Shown piece by piece: positions 39,284-49,689 of a stretch of 64,000 nt of DNA. The DNA is from Rikenellaceae bacterium (GTDB lineage: Bacteria; Bacteroidota; Bacteroidia; Bacteroidales; Rikenellaceae). The notes beneath the pieces were generated by a model, which was given only the letters and a program-made list of their open reading frames with translations, had not been told where the DNA came from and made no database searches. Every line of letters begins with the position of its first letter. Position 1 is the stretch's first letter. Location of the stretch: NCBI GenBank assembly GCA_047171945.1, contig JBCQWR010000003.1, forward strand, positions 10,170 through 74,169, given 5' to 3'. The translations under genes and the position numbers were made by a program.

Positions 39284-40408
39284 ATGAATAGACCCTTAGC
39301 CATACTACTAACCCTTACCACACTACTCTTAGCCCTCAATCTATCGGCTCAGAGTAGCCATGTGGATACCCAAAAGAGGGTTATAGAGGCTCTCAAAAGA
39401 GAGATTGCCGAGGGCGAAAAGAGCATCTCGACACTCCGCAAGAGCCGCAGCACAACCGAGAGCAAGGTGCAAAAGTTGGCCACACAGGTGGAGCAACGCA
39501 ATAGACTCTTGGAGGCTCAAAGGGTGCAGGTAGATCTCCTTGAGAAGGAGATAGTGATGGTGGACAGTTGTAGCATATCGCTCACAGAGAAGCTCACGGA
39601 TGAGCAAGAGGCCTATGCTCAAATGGTGCGTGAGGCCTACCGCAACTATCACCACAACAACTTCTTAACCTACATCTTCTCTTCGAAAGATTTCAGCGAT
39701 GTCGCTCGTCGCATAACCAATATTCGGCGAGTGGCTCAGCTACGTGAACAACGCATAGCCTCGATCGACTCACTCTCACTACAGGTAGACTCCACTCGAG
39801 CGATACTCCTCGATCGCAAAGCCTCGCTCGACTCCACAATCAATGATATATCGCAACAACGATCTCGACTACAACAAGATATATACTCGGCACGTGAAAG
39901 CATCAAAACGATGACGGCAAAAGAGAAGAGAACCCTACAAGAGAACAACCTACAACAACAGAAGCTCTCGACAGCTCTCGAAGAGCTGCGACGCCTCTCA
40001 AAGGGAAACTCCGAGGGTAGCAGTTTCAGCTCCTCGACATCGAACCTCACTTTACCAGTCTCGGGAGGTCGTGTGAAACGCTATATGGACAATATGGCCG
40101 AGGTTGTGGGTAGTGCAGGGGCCTCCGTAGTGGCGATATATGAGGGTAAAGTGGTCGACGTCAAGCAGAATAGGATCACAGGAAAGTATGATATATATGT
40201 GGCTCATGGAGAGTATATCACCTCCTATGCTGGTTTGCGCAGCGTCTGCGTGGCCAAAAATAGCTCTGTAAAGAAGAATCAAACAATAGGAGAGGTTGGC
40301 GCTTCGGTCGATATAATCTCTCTCGAGAGTGAATACAAAATAATATTTGGAATCTACCCACCATCACCATCGCAAAAGATGAAGGCTTCGGATTGCTTCA
40401 AAAAATAG
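39284..40408 (+). CDS. Murein hydrolase activator EnvC-like (coiled coil plus degenerate M23 domain)
   Basis: Long coiled coil; M23-like C-terminus lacking the catalytic His (YAGL). Confidence 0.8.
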   Translation: MNRPLAILLTLTTLLLALNLSAQSSHVDTQKRVIEALKREIAEGEKSISTLRKSRSTTESKVQKLATQVEQRNRLLEAQRVQVDLLEKEIVMVDSCSISLTEKLTDEQEAYAQMVREAYRNYHHNNFLTYIFSSKDFSDVARRITNIRRVAQLREQRIASIDSLSLQVDSTRAILLDRKASLDSTINDISQQRSRLQQDIYSARESIKTMTAKEKRTLQENNLQQQKLSTALEELRRLSKGNSEGSSFSSSTSNLTLPVSGGRVKRYMDNMAEVVGSAGASVVAIYEGKVVDVKQNRITGKYDIYVAHGEYITSYAGLRSVCVAKNSSVKKNQTIGEVGASVDIISLESEYKIIFGIYPPSPSQKMKASDCFKK

Positions 40409-40416
40409 TTAATGAT

Positions 40417-40848
40417 ATGATAAGATACAATTTTGATAGCTGTAGCTATCGCTTTACAGAGCGTCGTAAGATCAGCAGATGGCTCAAGGAATCAGCTAAG
40501 GCAGAGGGATTTGACTTAGGTGAGATCAACGTAATATTCTGCTCCGCCGAGCGACTACTCCAGATCAATCGTGAGTTCCTCCAACATGACTACTTCACCG
40601 ATATCATCACATTCGACTACAGCGATTTGGTGGATGCCAAGATGATCTCGGGGGAGCTCTTCATCGACATCGAGACTGTGGCCGACAACGCCTCGCTCTA
40701 TGGTGCCACACCCCTCGAGGAGATGCACCGAGTATTGGTACACGGGGTGATGCACCTCTGCGGCCAGGGTGACAAAAGCGAGGAGGATGCCGCTGCGATG
40801 CGCTCCAAGGAGAATCTCTACCTATCACGACTCCACCAAATGGAGTAA
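40417..40848 (+). CDS. ybeY: rRNA maturation RNase YbeY
   Basis: INREFLQHDYFTDIITF, GELFI, HRVLVHGVMHLCG; start set at ATG 40417. Confidence 0.93.
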   Translation: MIRYNFDSCSYRFTERRKISRWLKESAKAEGFDLGEINVIFCSAERLLQINREFLQHDYFTDIITFDYSDLVDAKMISGELFIDIETVADNASLYGATPLEEMHRVLVHGVMHLCGQGDKSEEDAAAMRSKENLYLSRLHQME

Positions 40849-40879
40849 AAAAGAACCAAACCAAACCAAATAAAAAATT

Positions 40880-42325
40880 ATGAATCTTAACACCAAAGTA
40901 ACCTACTTAATTGGTGCAAATGCATTGGCCTTTGCTCCATTTATGGGAGCTCATGCCGAGAGCACCAACAGATCGGAACGCCCCAACATCATCATCTTCT
41001 TGGCCGACGACATGGGCTATGCCGACGCTGGATTTACTGGCGCCACCGACATCAAAACACCTAACCTCGACGCCTTAGCTGCCTCGGGAGTGGTATTCAC
41101 CCAGGGCTATGCCACACACCCCTTCTCGGGACCAAGCCGTGCAGGAATCTTATCGGGTCGCCACCAACAACGCTTCGGATTTGAAGAGAATCCAGCCTAT
41201 GACCCAGCAAACTACGAACTCGGAATTAGTGTCGACGAGACCCTTTTCCCTGCTCGACTACAGGAGGTTGGCTACACCACAGGCGGTGTGGGCAAGTGGC
41301 ACCTCGGTGCTGCGCTCCCATTCCACCCCAACAACCGTGGATTTGACTACTTCTATGGATTCCTCGGTGGTGGCCACGACTACTTCAAGATCGACTTAAG
41401 CATCCCTGTGGGTGAGGCCTACTATCAACCTCTAATCGAGAACAACAAACCTGCAACATTCGATGGATATATCACCGACGCCCTAAGCGAGAAGGCTGCC
41501 GAGTTTATCGACAACAATGCCGACGACCCCTTCTTCCTATATGTGGCATACAACGCCCCTCACGCCCCTCTTCAAGCACCCGAGGAAGATATAGCGAGAT
41601 ACTCTCATATCGAGGATAATAAGCGTCGAGTATATGCAGCAATGGTCGACGTGATGGATCGTGGCATCGGAACAGTGGTCGAGAGCCTCAAGCGCAATGG
41701 CCTCTACGAGAATACCATAATCTTCTTCATGAGCGACAATGGAGGCCCTCAAGGTCAAGGTTATAGCGCCCACAATGGATCCGACAATGGCGACTTCAGA
41801 GGTGGCAAAGGTCAATACTACGAGGGAGGTATCCACATCCCATTTATGGCGTGCTGGCCCTCGAAGATCAAGGGTGGTGTGACATACGACAACCCCGTAA
41901 TCACCATCGACGTATCTCGCACTGCTGTAGAGCTCGCTGGCGCAGATGCAACATCGGGTAACGCAATGGAGGGAGTCAACCTCATCCCATTTATCTCGGG
42001 CGAGGAGAGTGGAGCTCCACACGAGACACTATGTTGGCGTGGTGCCAATGGTGCTAAATGGGCTGTGCTATCTTCAGATAGAGTGAAATATGTACAATCG
42101 AAGCCACAAGATACTCCTCAACTATACAACCTCACAGAGGATGTCTCGGAGGCTAACGACATAGTGGAGAGCAACTCCGAACTCGCAGCAGAGCTCAAAG
42201 AGCGCTGGAATGAATGGAATCAAAATAACGTCGAAAGCGAGATCCTACTCTACACCGAATACCACGAACTACTCCAAGAGTTCCATAAAGGAGCTACAAT
42301 GTCTAAGGTGCACTCTAAAAGGTAG
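40880..42325 (+). CDS. Exported Ser-type sulfatase (S1 family)
   Basis: [20 protein letters not shown] (S-x-P-x-R), GKWHLG, SDNG, GKG..YEGG. Confidence 0.92.
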   Translation: MNLNTKVTYLIGANALAFAPFMGAHAESTNRSERPNIIIFLADDMGYADAGFTGATDIKTPNLDALAASGVVFTQGYATHPFSGPSRAGILSGRHQQRFGFEENPAYDPANYELGISVDETLFPARLQEVGYTTGGVGKWHLGAALPFHPNNRGFDYFYGFLGGGHDYFKIDLSIPVGEAYYQPLIENNKPATFDGYITDALSEKAAEFIDNNADDPFFLYVAYNAPHAPLQAPEEDIARYSHIEDNKRRVYAAMVDVMDRGIGTVVESLKRNGLYENTIIFFMSDNGGPQGQGYSAHNGSDNGDFRGGKGQYYEGGIHIPFMACWPSKIKGGVTYDNPVITIDVSRTAVELAGADATSGNAMEGVNLIPFISGEESGAPHETLCWRGANGAKWAVLSSDRVKYVQSKPQDTPQLYNLTEDVSEANDIVESNSELAAELKERWNEWNQNNVESEILLYTEYHELLQEFHKGATMSKVHSKR

Positions 42326-42390
42326 TGTCTGCTGCATCCACTCTCTTTTTCTTAAGAGGTGTTACAACACGGTGCGGCAGTAGCAGAGCT

Positions 42391-43530
42391 TTACTTTATA
42401 TCTATCTCTTGCCACTGACCGCTCTTCGTTTGCGCCCTGCCTCTACCTTGGCTGACACTCTTGAGTGAGATGTAGTCGCTGCAATTGACCACTACTCGAG
42501 CTCTCGAATCGATATAGTGCCACCACGAGGATATCCTCACCGCAGCCAGAGATTCACTAAAGTCGAGTGCAAAATCGAAAAGCGGTGGGATCACCTCTCG
42601 TCCAAATTGGTTGAGATAGCCCCAGAGTCCATCACGACAGAAGATGGTGGTGGGTGTCGCCGATAGGTGTGCGCCCTCAACTTTGTAGCGAAGAAGGCGG
42701 GGGAGTGTAGGTAAGGTGACCTCCTGAGAGCGAAGCAGTTTGGCGATATTGTACGAAATGGGCTCTCCTCGTTTAGCGAGGAGTTGTAGCGCTTCGGTGT
42801 AGATTGCCGATCGTTCTTGCATGATTTCGAGGGGCTCGAGGAGTAATCCATCGAGCCCTTGTTGATAATCATAGAGTTGAGGCTCAATGGCAAGAAGCGA
42901 GAGTGATGTCGAGATTAGCGCAAGCGAATAATCGTCGATCGAGCGGTCGAAGTGGCTCACACTACGTAGAGGATGTTGATAGGCTGCCGTACCCAACTCG
43001 TGACTCTCCAGCCCCTCGAATTGAGGTATATAGTTAGCATCGTGGTCGATTAGGTGGAGCTCCCCCTCATTATCGACAATGATATTTTCGCAGGTGATAT
43101 CGCCATGAGCCCACTCCTGCGAGAGTAGATCGAGAGCCAAAGCATCGAAGCGCTTCGAGAGCGACAAGAGTTCATCCCTTGCGCAGTTTGTAGCGTGCTG
43201 CTCGATACATTGAGTAAGGGTGGCACCCTCTATCCATGGTTCAAGTAGAATATCTATCCACTCACCCCTCTCCCCCTCGTGAGGAACATAGAGTTCGTCG
43301 ACAAGGAGCTTTGAACCATATATGAGAGTGCGACGAGAGCTCTTCGAGGTGTAGCACTTTAGCCTATACCGCCTCTGATGATACCAAAACGAGAAGAGGA
43401 TAGCGCTATTTCCGACACTATAGATCACCTCCCCACTACTATCACAAAGCAACTCCACCTCTCCGAGAGTTCGAAGAGGGACTCTTCCATTGATTATAGA
43501 GCGTAGTATCTGAATTATTGAGCAGGCCAC
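42391..43530 (-). CDS. Ser/Thr protein-kinase-like domain plus WG repeat (apparently active)
   Basis: GNSAILF loop, LKCY lysine, HGDITCENIIV, IDHD, ELGT..YQHP; C-terminal GLWGYLN..G.EVIPP.FD. Confidence 0.8.
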   Translation of the reverse strand: MACSIIQILRSIINGRVPLRTLGEVELLCDSSGEVIYSVGNSAILFSFWYHQRRYRLKCYTSKSSRRTLIYGSKLLVDELYVPHEGERGEWIDILLEPWIEGATLTQCIEQHATNCARDELLSLSKRFDALALDLLSQEWAHGDITCENIIVDNEGELHLIDHDANYIPQFEGLESHELGTAAYQHPLRSVSHFDRSIDDYSLALISTSLSLLAIEPQLYDYQQGLDGLLLEPLEIMQERSAIYTEALQLLAKRGEPISYNIAKLLRSQEVTLPTLPRLLRYKVEGAHLSATPTTIFCRDGLWGYLNQFGREVIPPLFDFALDFSESLAAVRISSWWHYIDSRARVVVNCSDYISLKSVSQGRGRAQTKSGQWQEIDIK

Positions 43531-43547
43531 CTAAATAAAAGCTGTTA

Positions 43548-45002
43548 CTACTGAGGTTCAATACTCTGCAAAACCTGCTCATTGGGTGTGATCACCCCCA
43601 ACTTTTTGATATGCTCTTCGAGAGTGGTTGTGATTAGAGTCTCGGTGATGCCTCCTTTACTATAGTTGAGCGACGAGTAGGTCTTAAAGATGTAATCACC
43701 CATCGCCACCACGTAGCGCTTCTCGGGATCGAGCTCGGGGAAGATGACATCGACGGCGTCGCCATCGGCACCCGTTAGAACCACATATGGGGTCGTTGCG
43801 ATGATGTCGATATAGTGCGACTCACCCACATTGAGCTTATCATTAAATTTAGCCATAATGAGACTCTTGAGCTCATCACAACTCATTGTCGCTGTAGCGA
43901 TGTAGGAGTTGAATGGCTCGGCATTGAGGACCGTTGCCATGCTGATCTCACCCTCGGGAATAGTGTCGATGCGCACACCACCTGCGTGATAGATTCCAAC
44001 ATCGGCCGCAACACGCTTGCGTATAGTCTCAGCGAAGAGGTTGCGCACACCACTCTCCATAAATGTTTGCGAGGCGCTACCGATTGGTGCATTGAGCGTA
44101 GGATTATGGTAATAATTGTCGACAATCTGCGCAATGGCAGCATCGGGCGCATAGTCCGCCAAGGGCACATTGCAGTGAGAGAGTTTTATCTCGCCACGCT
44201 TGGTAATTGTAACCGTTGTGGCACCAATATTTTTGAGTCGGCTACCTGTTTGTGAGATCAATTTGCCTCCAATGGTCTCTATTGCTGTGTCGTGGCTATG
44301 GGCGCTGATGATGTGGTCGTAACCCTCCGAAAGGGGGCTTTGAGCAAACTCCACATCACGCTCCAATCCGCAGTGGCTAACCAATACAAGCATGTCGCAC
44401 TCCTCGGCCAGGTAACTATATTGAGCCGCCGTAGTGTGAGGATCGCTAAAGGTGAGCCCCTCATAACTCTCATCTTTACCCGAGGGGTGCCCATTAGCCT
44501 CGTAGTTACCCACAACACCCACGAAGGCGATTTTTTTGCCCTCGACCTCTACGATGTAGTGAGGTGCAGGTTGCGGAAATGTGGTGGTGTCGCTGAGGAT
44601 GTTGGCCCCAATAATTGGGAACTGAGCTTGACGATTAGAGGTAGCAAGGTAGGCTTGCCCCTTATCGAATTCGTGGTTGCCATATATCGTAACGTCGTAG
44701 TCGAGATGATTCATAAGCTCGTAGATGGGTGTGTAGTGCTCCACCAAGTCTACATAGGCGTTGCCTGTCCAGCGGTCACCAGCGTCGACCAAGATCACAT
44801 CGACCGTGTCACGACATAGCTCGATGGCGGTAGCCAACGCAGGAAACTTGTCGATTTGGGCATGCATATCGTTGGTCGATAGGATCACAAATGTTTTATC
44901 TCGAGAGCCAAAGTGGCAACTTTGAGAGAGAAATACAAATGCGAATAGTGCTAAAAGTAGTCCGAGTTTAAAAAGTAGTCCGAGTTTAATTAATCTGTAC
45001 AT
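43548..45002 (-). CDS. Bifunctional metallophosphatase / 5'-nucleotidase (probable lipoprotein)
   Basis: STNDMH, DAGD, GNHEFD, SHCG, SAHSH, AGGVR; LSQSC lipobox-like. Confidence 0.9.
   Translation of the reverse strand: MYRLIKLGLLFKLGLLLALFAFVFLSQSCHFGSRDKTFVILSTNDMHAQIDKFPALATAIELCRDTVDVILVDAGDRWTGNAYVDLVEHYTPIYELMNHLDYDVTIYGNHEFDKGQAYLATSNRQAQFPIIGANILSDTTTFPQPAPHYIVEVEGKKIAFVGVVGNYEANGHPSGKDESYEGLTFSDPHTTAAQYSYLAEECDMLVLVSHCGLERDVEFAQSPLSEGYDHIISAHSHDTAIETIGGKLISQTGSRLKNIGATTVTITKRGEIKLSHCNVPLADYAPDAAIAQIVDNYYHNPTLNAPIGSASQTFMESGVRNLFAETIRKRVAADVGIYHAGGVRIDTIPEGEISMATVLNAEPFNSYIATATMSCDELKSLIMAKFNDKLNVGESHYIDIIATTPYVVLTGADGDAVDVIFPELDPEKRYVVAMGDYIFKTYSSLNYSKGGITETLITTTLEEHIKKLGVITPNEQVLQSIEPQ
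44953..44988. repeat. In-frame 18-bp tandem duplication in the signal peptide of the 5'-nucleotidase
   Basis: aaaagtagtccgagttta x2, encoding KLGLLF/KLGLLL. Confidence 0.8.
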
Positions 45003-45124
45003 AACTTTATATTTTAATCTATTTGTGGCAAAGATACGATAATTAATTGAAAAAAAAGTTGGTGATTCTTAGATATAATCATCAAAAAATATATACCTTT
45101 ACATAGATAAAGCGTTATAAGAAT

Positions 45125-46795
45125 ATGGTTAACAAAATTACAGTTATATGCGGCAATAGCTCGAGGAGCTATCAGGTTGATGCAGGGAGCACTATAGGCG
45201 AAGTGGCCTCGATAATAGGCATCAAAAATCAATACCCTGTTATCGCTGGATATGTCAACAATCGACTCCGAGAGCTCAACACACGACTCTTCGAGAGCGC
45301 CACCGTAAAGTTTGTTGATCGCAGCTCCTTTAGTGGGGCTCGAGTCTATGAGCGCACCCTATCCTTTATTATGCAGAAGGCCGTCGAGGATCTCTTCCCC
45401 GAGTGCCACCTAAGAATACGCCACTCGTTGGGTCACAACAGCTTCTACTGCGAGGTGGACGGCATGGAGCATCTCACCACAGCCACGATCGAGGCTATCG
45501 AGAGCCGCATGCGTGAGATCATAGCTCTCGACCTGCCTATCATCCGCTCCAAGCGCCCCACCGACGAGGTGCGCCAAATATATCTCGAAAGGGGCTACAA
45601 CGACAAGGTGGAGCTGCTCGATACTCGACCACGCCTCTATAGCGTACTCTACCAAATTGGTAAGACCTATGGCTACTTCTATGGTTCGCTGGCCCCCTCG
45701 AGTGGCTACATCGACCTATTCGATATTAGCCCCTACTACAAAGGTGTACTATTGGTTCTACCTCAGCGCAACAACCCCTCGACAATTAGCTCGGTGATTC
45801 GCCAAGAGAAGCTCTTTGACATCTTCCGAGAGTACCAGTCGTGGGTCAATATAATGGGTGTCCCAACAGTGGGAAAGCTCAACGGCAAGGTGTTGGGAGG
45901 CGACAGCAGCGAACTCATCAAGATCGCCGAGGCGTTCCACGAGAAGAAGCTCTCGACGGTGGCCGATGCCATCGCTGCCGACGTTAAGACGGGAGGTCGC
46001 ATGGTGCTGATCTCGGGACCCTCGTCGAGTGGCAAGACCACCACGGCAAAGCGACTTGGTATCCATCTCCAGGTATTGGGACTCAACCCCGTCTTGATCT
46101 CGCTCGACGACTACTTTGTCAATAGGAGCGACACCCCAAAAGATGAGAATGGAGAGTACGACTTCGAGGCGTTGGAGGCGATCGACATTGCACAATTCAA
46201 CGACCACCTCAAACGACTCTTTGCAGGAGAGAGCGTAGCAATACCTCGCTACGACTTTATTAGCGGCACCCGTAAGTGGCACGAGAACCCACTTACGCTC
46301 ACACCCGAGTCGATACTTATCGTCGAGGGAATCCATGCACTCAACCCCGCATTGACTCCCGTAATTGGCGATGAGCTCAAGTATAAGATCTACGTTTCGT
46401 GCATCACCTCGGTGGCGATGGACAACCTCTCACGCATATCGACCTCCGACAACAGGCTCCTACGTCGTCTCACTCGAGACTACACCCAACGAGGCAAGAG
46501 CGCCATAGATACACTTTCGGGATGGGGCAGCGTGCGTCGAGGCGAGGAGCGTCACATATTCCCATACCAGGAGGAGGCCGATGTGATTATCAACTCGTCG
46601 CTCTTCTACGAGATCTCGGTGATACGCTCCTTTGCCGAACCAATCTTGCACGAGGTGCCCAACACTGTGCCCGAGTATGATCAGGCACGCAGACTACTGC
46701 GCTTCCTCGATAACTTTGCACCGATCTGCCCTACGGAGATTCCGCCCACCTCGATTCTGCGTGAATTTATTGGTGGCAGCAGCTTTAAATACTAA
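45125..46795 (+). CDS. Nucleoside (uridine) kinase with an N-terminal TGS/ThrRS-like domain
   Basis: ISGPSSSGKTT P-loop, LDDYF, VEGIHALN, NRLLRR; N-terminal ThrRS-like region. Confidence 0.88.
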   Translation: MVNKITVICGNSSRSYQVDAGSTIGEVASIIGIKNQYPVIAGYVNNRLRELNTRLFESATVKFVDRSSFSGARVYERTLSFIMQKAVEDLFPECHLRIRHSLGHNSFYCEVDGMEHLTTATIEAIESRMREIIALDLPIIRSKRPTDEVRQIYLERGYNDKVELLDTRPRLYSVLYQIGKTYGYFYGSLAPSSGYIDLFDISPYYKGVLLVLPQRNNPSTISSVIRQEKLFDIFREYQSWVNIMGVPTVGKLNGKVLGGDSSELIKIAEAFHEKKLSTVADAIAADVKTGGRMVLISGPSSSGKTTTAKRLGIHLQVLGLNPVLISLDDYFVNRSDTPKDENGEYDFEALEAIDIAQFNDHLKRLFAGESVAIPRYDFISGTRKWHENPLTLTPESILIVEGIHALNPALTPVIGDELKYKIYVSCITSVAMDNLSRISTSDNRLLRRLTRDYTQRGKSAIDTLSGWGSVRRGEERHIFPYQEEADVIINSSLFYEISVIRSFAEPILHEVPNTVPEYDQARRLLRFLDNFAPICPTEIPPTSILREFIGGSSFKY

Positions 46796-46821
46796 TACAA
46801 CTAAAAATAAAAACAGAATTT

Positions 46822-49644
46822 ATGTTTGACAAATTTTCGTCACGACACATTGGTGTCAATCGTAGCGAAGAGATCGAGCAGATGCTCTCGGCAATTGGAG
46901 TAGAGTCTCTCGAGAGGTTAATTAGCGAGGTTATACCCTCCAACATCCGACTCAAGCACCCCTTGGCGCTCGATGCTGAAGGGATGAGCGAGTACCAATT
47001 TGCAGCCCACATTGGCGCATTGGCCCAAAGCAACCAGCAGTATCGCTCATTTATCGGCATGGGTTACTACCCCTCGGCAGTGCCAGCTGTAGTTAGCCGC
47101 AACGTCTTGGAGAATCCTACATGGTACACCTCCTACACCCCCTACCAAGCTGAGATCTCGCAGGGTAGATTGGAGGCTCTTTTGAACTTTCAAACCGCAA
47201 TCATCTCGCTCACGGGGCTCGAGATAGCCTCCTGTTCGCTTCTCGACGAGGCTACCGCTGCTGCCGAGGCGATGTTGATGCTCTTCGCTCTTCGCTCTCG
47301 TGCCGCTGTCAAGGAGGGTCACAACCTCCTCTTTGTCGATGAGAATATATTTCCTCAAACCCTCGATCTACTGCTCACTCGTAGCGAGCCTTATGGAATC
47401 GAACTTATCATCGACTCCTTCGAGAGTTACGAATTCTCGGGCAAGGAGTTTGGTGCAATTGTGCAATATCCTGCCGCCAATGGTGCAGTGCACAACTACG
47501 CCGCCTTCACCGAGCGTGCCCATGCAGCAGGGGCATTGGTCACAGCTGTGGCCGACCCTCTCTCTCTTGCGCTACTCAAGGCGCCAGGCGAGTGGGGTGC
47601 CGACGTTGCTGTTGGTTCAACTCAGCGCTTGGGTCTCCCAATGGGCTTTGGTGGCCCCTCGGCAGGCTATATGGCTACTCGTGAGGCCTACAAACGCAAC
47701 ATTCCAGGCCGCATAATTGGAGTCTCGGTCGACCGCTGCGGCAACAAGGCGCTCCGCATGGCACTCCAGATGCGTGAGCAGCATATCAAGCGTGAACGTG
47801 CAACATCCAACATATGTACCGCCTCGGCTCTTATGGCCTCGATGGTGGGCTTCTACTGCGTCTACAACGGCGCCGAGGGGTTGCGTCGTGCTGCCACCAC
47901 GGCCCACACTGCGGCACTCAGCGTAGCTGCGGCACTCAAGGCCTTGGGCTACAACCTAACCACAGAGTCTATCTTCGACACGATCGAGGTGGAGGCCGAG
48001 GTAGCTGTAGTGCAGTCGCTCGCCTTGGAGCGTGAGATAAATCTATTCTACCCTTCGGAGAGTCGTGTGCGCCTCTCGTTCGACGAGGTGACTACACCCG
48101 AGGAGATCGAAGAGGTGGTCGAGATATTTACCCTGGCGAAGGGTCGTAAGCCAAAAAAGGTGAAGATGGCAACAGAGGTGTCACTCGACGAGACTCTTCT
48201 ACGCACCTCGGAGTATCTCACCGAGGAGGTCTTCAACAGCTACCGCTCCGAGAGCGAGATGATGCGCTACATCAAGCGTCTCGAGCTGCGTGACATATCA
48301 CTTGCCAACTCTATGATTCCACTCGGCTCCTGCACGATGAAGCTCAATGCAGCCTCAATCATGCAGCCCATATCGCTCTCAGGATTCCAGAATATCCACC
48401 CATTTGCCCCCGAGGAGCAGGCGAGTGGCTACTTGGCGATGATCGGAGAGATGGAGCGTGATTTGGCAACCATCACTGGCTTTACAGCCTGCTCGCTCCA
48501 GCCCAATTCGGGTGCTGCGGGCGAGTATGCAGGGTTGATGGTTATTCGTGCCTACCACCAGAGTCGTGGCCAAGGCTACCGCAATATTGTGCTCATTCCC
48601 GACTCAGCGCATGGCACCAACCCAGCATCGGCGGCAATGGCAGGGATGAAGATCGTGGGGGTTAAGTGCGACGCTCAGGGCAACATCGATGTGGAGGATC
48701 TCAAAGCTAAGGCAGAGGCTAACTCTTCGGAGCTGAGTTGTTTGATGGTCACCTACCCATCGACCCATGGAGTATTCGAGAGCCGCATACGTGAGATCGT
48801 CGACGCTGTGCATGATGCTGGCGGACAGGTATATATGGATGGTGCCAATATGAATGCTCAGGTGGGACTCACCTCGCCAGGCTACATCGGTGCCGACGTA
48901 TGTCACCTCAATCTCCACAAGACCTTCGCCATGCCACACGGTGGTGGTGGCCCTGGTGTGGGTCCAATATGCTGCGCTGAGCACTTGGCTGAGTTCCTCC
49001 CATCGCACTCGGTGGTTCAAACGGGAGGCGAGAGTGGCATCACAGCCGTTTCGTCGTCGCCTTGGGGTTCGGCACTATTGTTGCCAATCACCTACGGCTA
49101 CATCAAGATGTTGGGCGAGGAGGGATTACGCCGCTCAACCGAGATGGCTATACTCAACGCCAACTACATATCGGCAGTGCTCAAAGATGATTTCAGAACA
49201 TATTATAGTGGCGAGAGTGGCTTTGTGGGTCACGAATTAATCCTCGACCTGACAAACTTCAAGCGTGACTACGGCTGCGACTGTGGCGATGTAGCTCGTC
49301 GCTTGATGGATTATGGATTCCACGCACCTACCCTCTCGTTCCCAGTTCACGAAACGTTGATGATAGAGCCCACCGAGAGTGAGAGCAAGGAGGAGATGGA
49401 TCGCTTCATCGAGGCCATCCGCTCGATCAAGGCCGAGTGTGAGGCGATTGGAGGCGAGGCGGACAACGTCGTGGTAAATGCTCCCCACACCTCATTTGAG
49501 ATCTGTGGCGAGTGGAGTCACCCCTACTCTCGTGAGGCGGCAGCATTCCCATTGGAGTGGGTGCGTCGCTCGAAGTTCTTCCCCTACGTCTCGAAGATCG
49601 ACGGAGGATATGGCGACAGGAACTTATGTTGTCGTTGTCAATAA
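46822..49644 (+). CDS. gcvP: Glycine dehydrogenase (decarboxylating), P protein
   Basis: YTPYQAEISQGRLEALLNFQ, REQHIKRERATSNICT, PLGSCTMKLN, HLNLHKTF, HGGGGPG. Confidence 0.97.
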   Translation: MFDKFSSRHIGVNRSEEIEQMLSAIGVESLERLISEVIPSNIRLKHPLALDAEGMSEYQFAAHIGALAQSNQQYRSFIGMGYYPSAVPAVVSRNVLENPTWYTSYTPYQAEISQGRLEALLNFQTAIISLTGLEIASCSLLDEATAAAEAMLMLFALRSRAAVKEGHNLLFVDENIFPQTLDLLLTRSEPYGIELIIDSFESYEFSGKEFGAIVQYPAANGAVHNYAAFTERAHAAGALVTAVADPLSLALLKAPGEWGADVAVGSTQRLGLPMGFGGPSAGYMATREAYKRNIPGRIIGVSVDRCGNKALRMALQMREQHIKRERATSNICTASALMASMVGFYCVYNGAEGLRRAATTAHTAALSVAAALKALGYNLTTESIFDTIEVEAEVAVVQSLALEREINLFYPSESRVRLSFDEVTTPEEIEEVVEIFTLAKGRKPKKVKMATEVSLDETLLRTSEYLTEEVFNSYRSESEMMRYIKRLELRDISLANSMIPLGSCTMKLNAASIMQPISLSGFQNIHPFAPEEQASGYLAMIGEMERDLATITGFTACSLQPNSGAAGEYAGLMVIRAYHQSRGQGYRNIVLIPDSAHGTNPASAAMAGMKIVGVKCDAQGNIDVEDLKAKAEANSSELSCLMVTYPSTHGVFESRIREIVDAVHDAGGQVYMDGANMNAQVGLTSPGYIGADVCHLNLHKTFAMPHGGGGPGVGPICCAEHLAEFLPSHSVVQTGGESGITAVSSSPWGSALLLPITYGYIKMLGEEGLRRSTEMAILNANYISAVLKDDFRTYYSGESGFVGHELILDLTNFKRDYGCDCGDVARRLMDYGFHAPTLSFPVHETLMIEPTESESKEEMDRFIEAIRSIKAECEAIGGEADNVVVNAPHTSFEICGEWSHPYSREAAAFPLEWVRRSKFFPYVSKIDGGYGDRNLCCRCQ

Positions 49645-49651
49645 ATTATCG

Positions 49652-49659
49652 TACCTTTG
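49652..49659 (+). promoter_or_regulatory. -7 box for slyD
   Basis: TACCTTTG 31 nt before the ATG. Confidence 0.6.
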
Positions 49660-49689
49660 CAAAAATTTTTCAAATAAAAAATAATAAAG

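Noticed and set aside
39284-40408. M23 domain missing catalytic residues
   Set aside because: Expected for EnvC-type activators
40417-40848. YbeY third zinc ligand appears to be Asp rather than His
   Set aside because: I recall this variant as usual in Bacteroidota YbeY, so it is not a sign of inactivation
46822-49644. gcvP without gcvT or gcvH
   Set aside because: Dispersed gcv genes are normal in Bacteroidota
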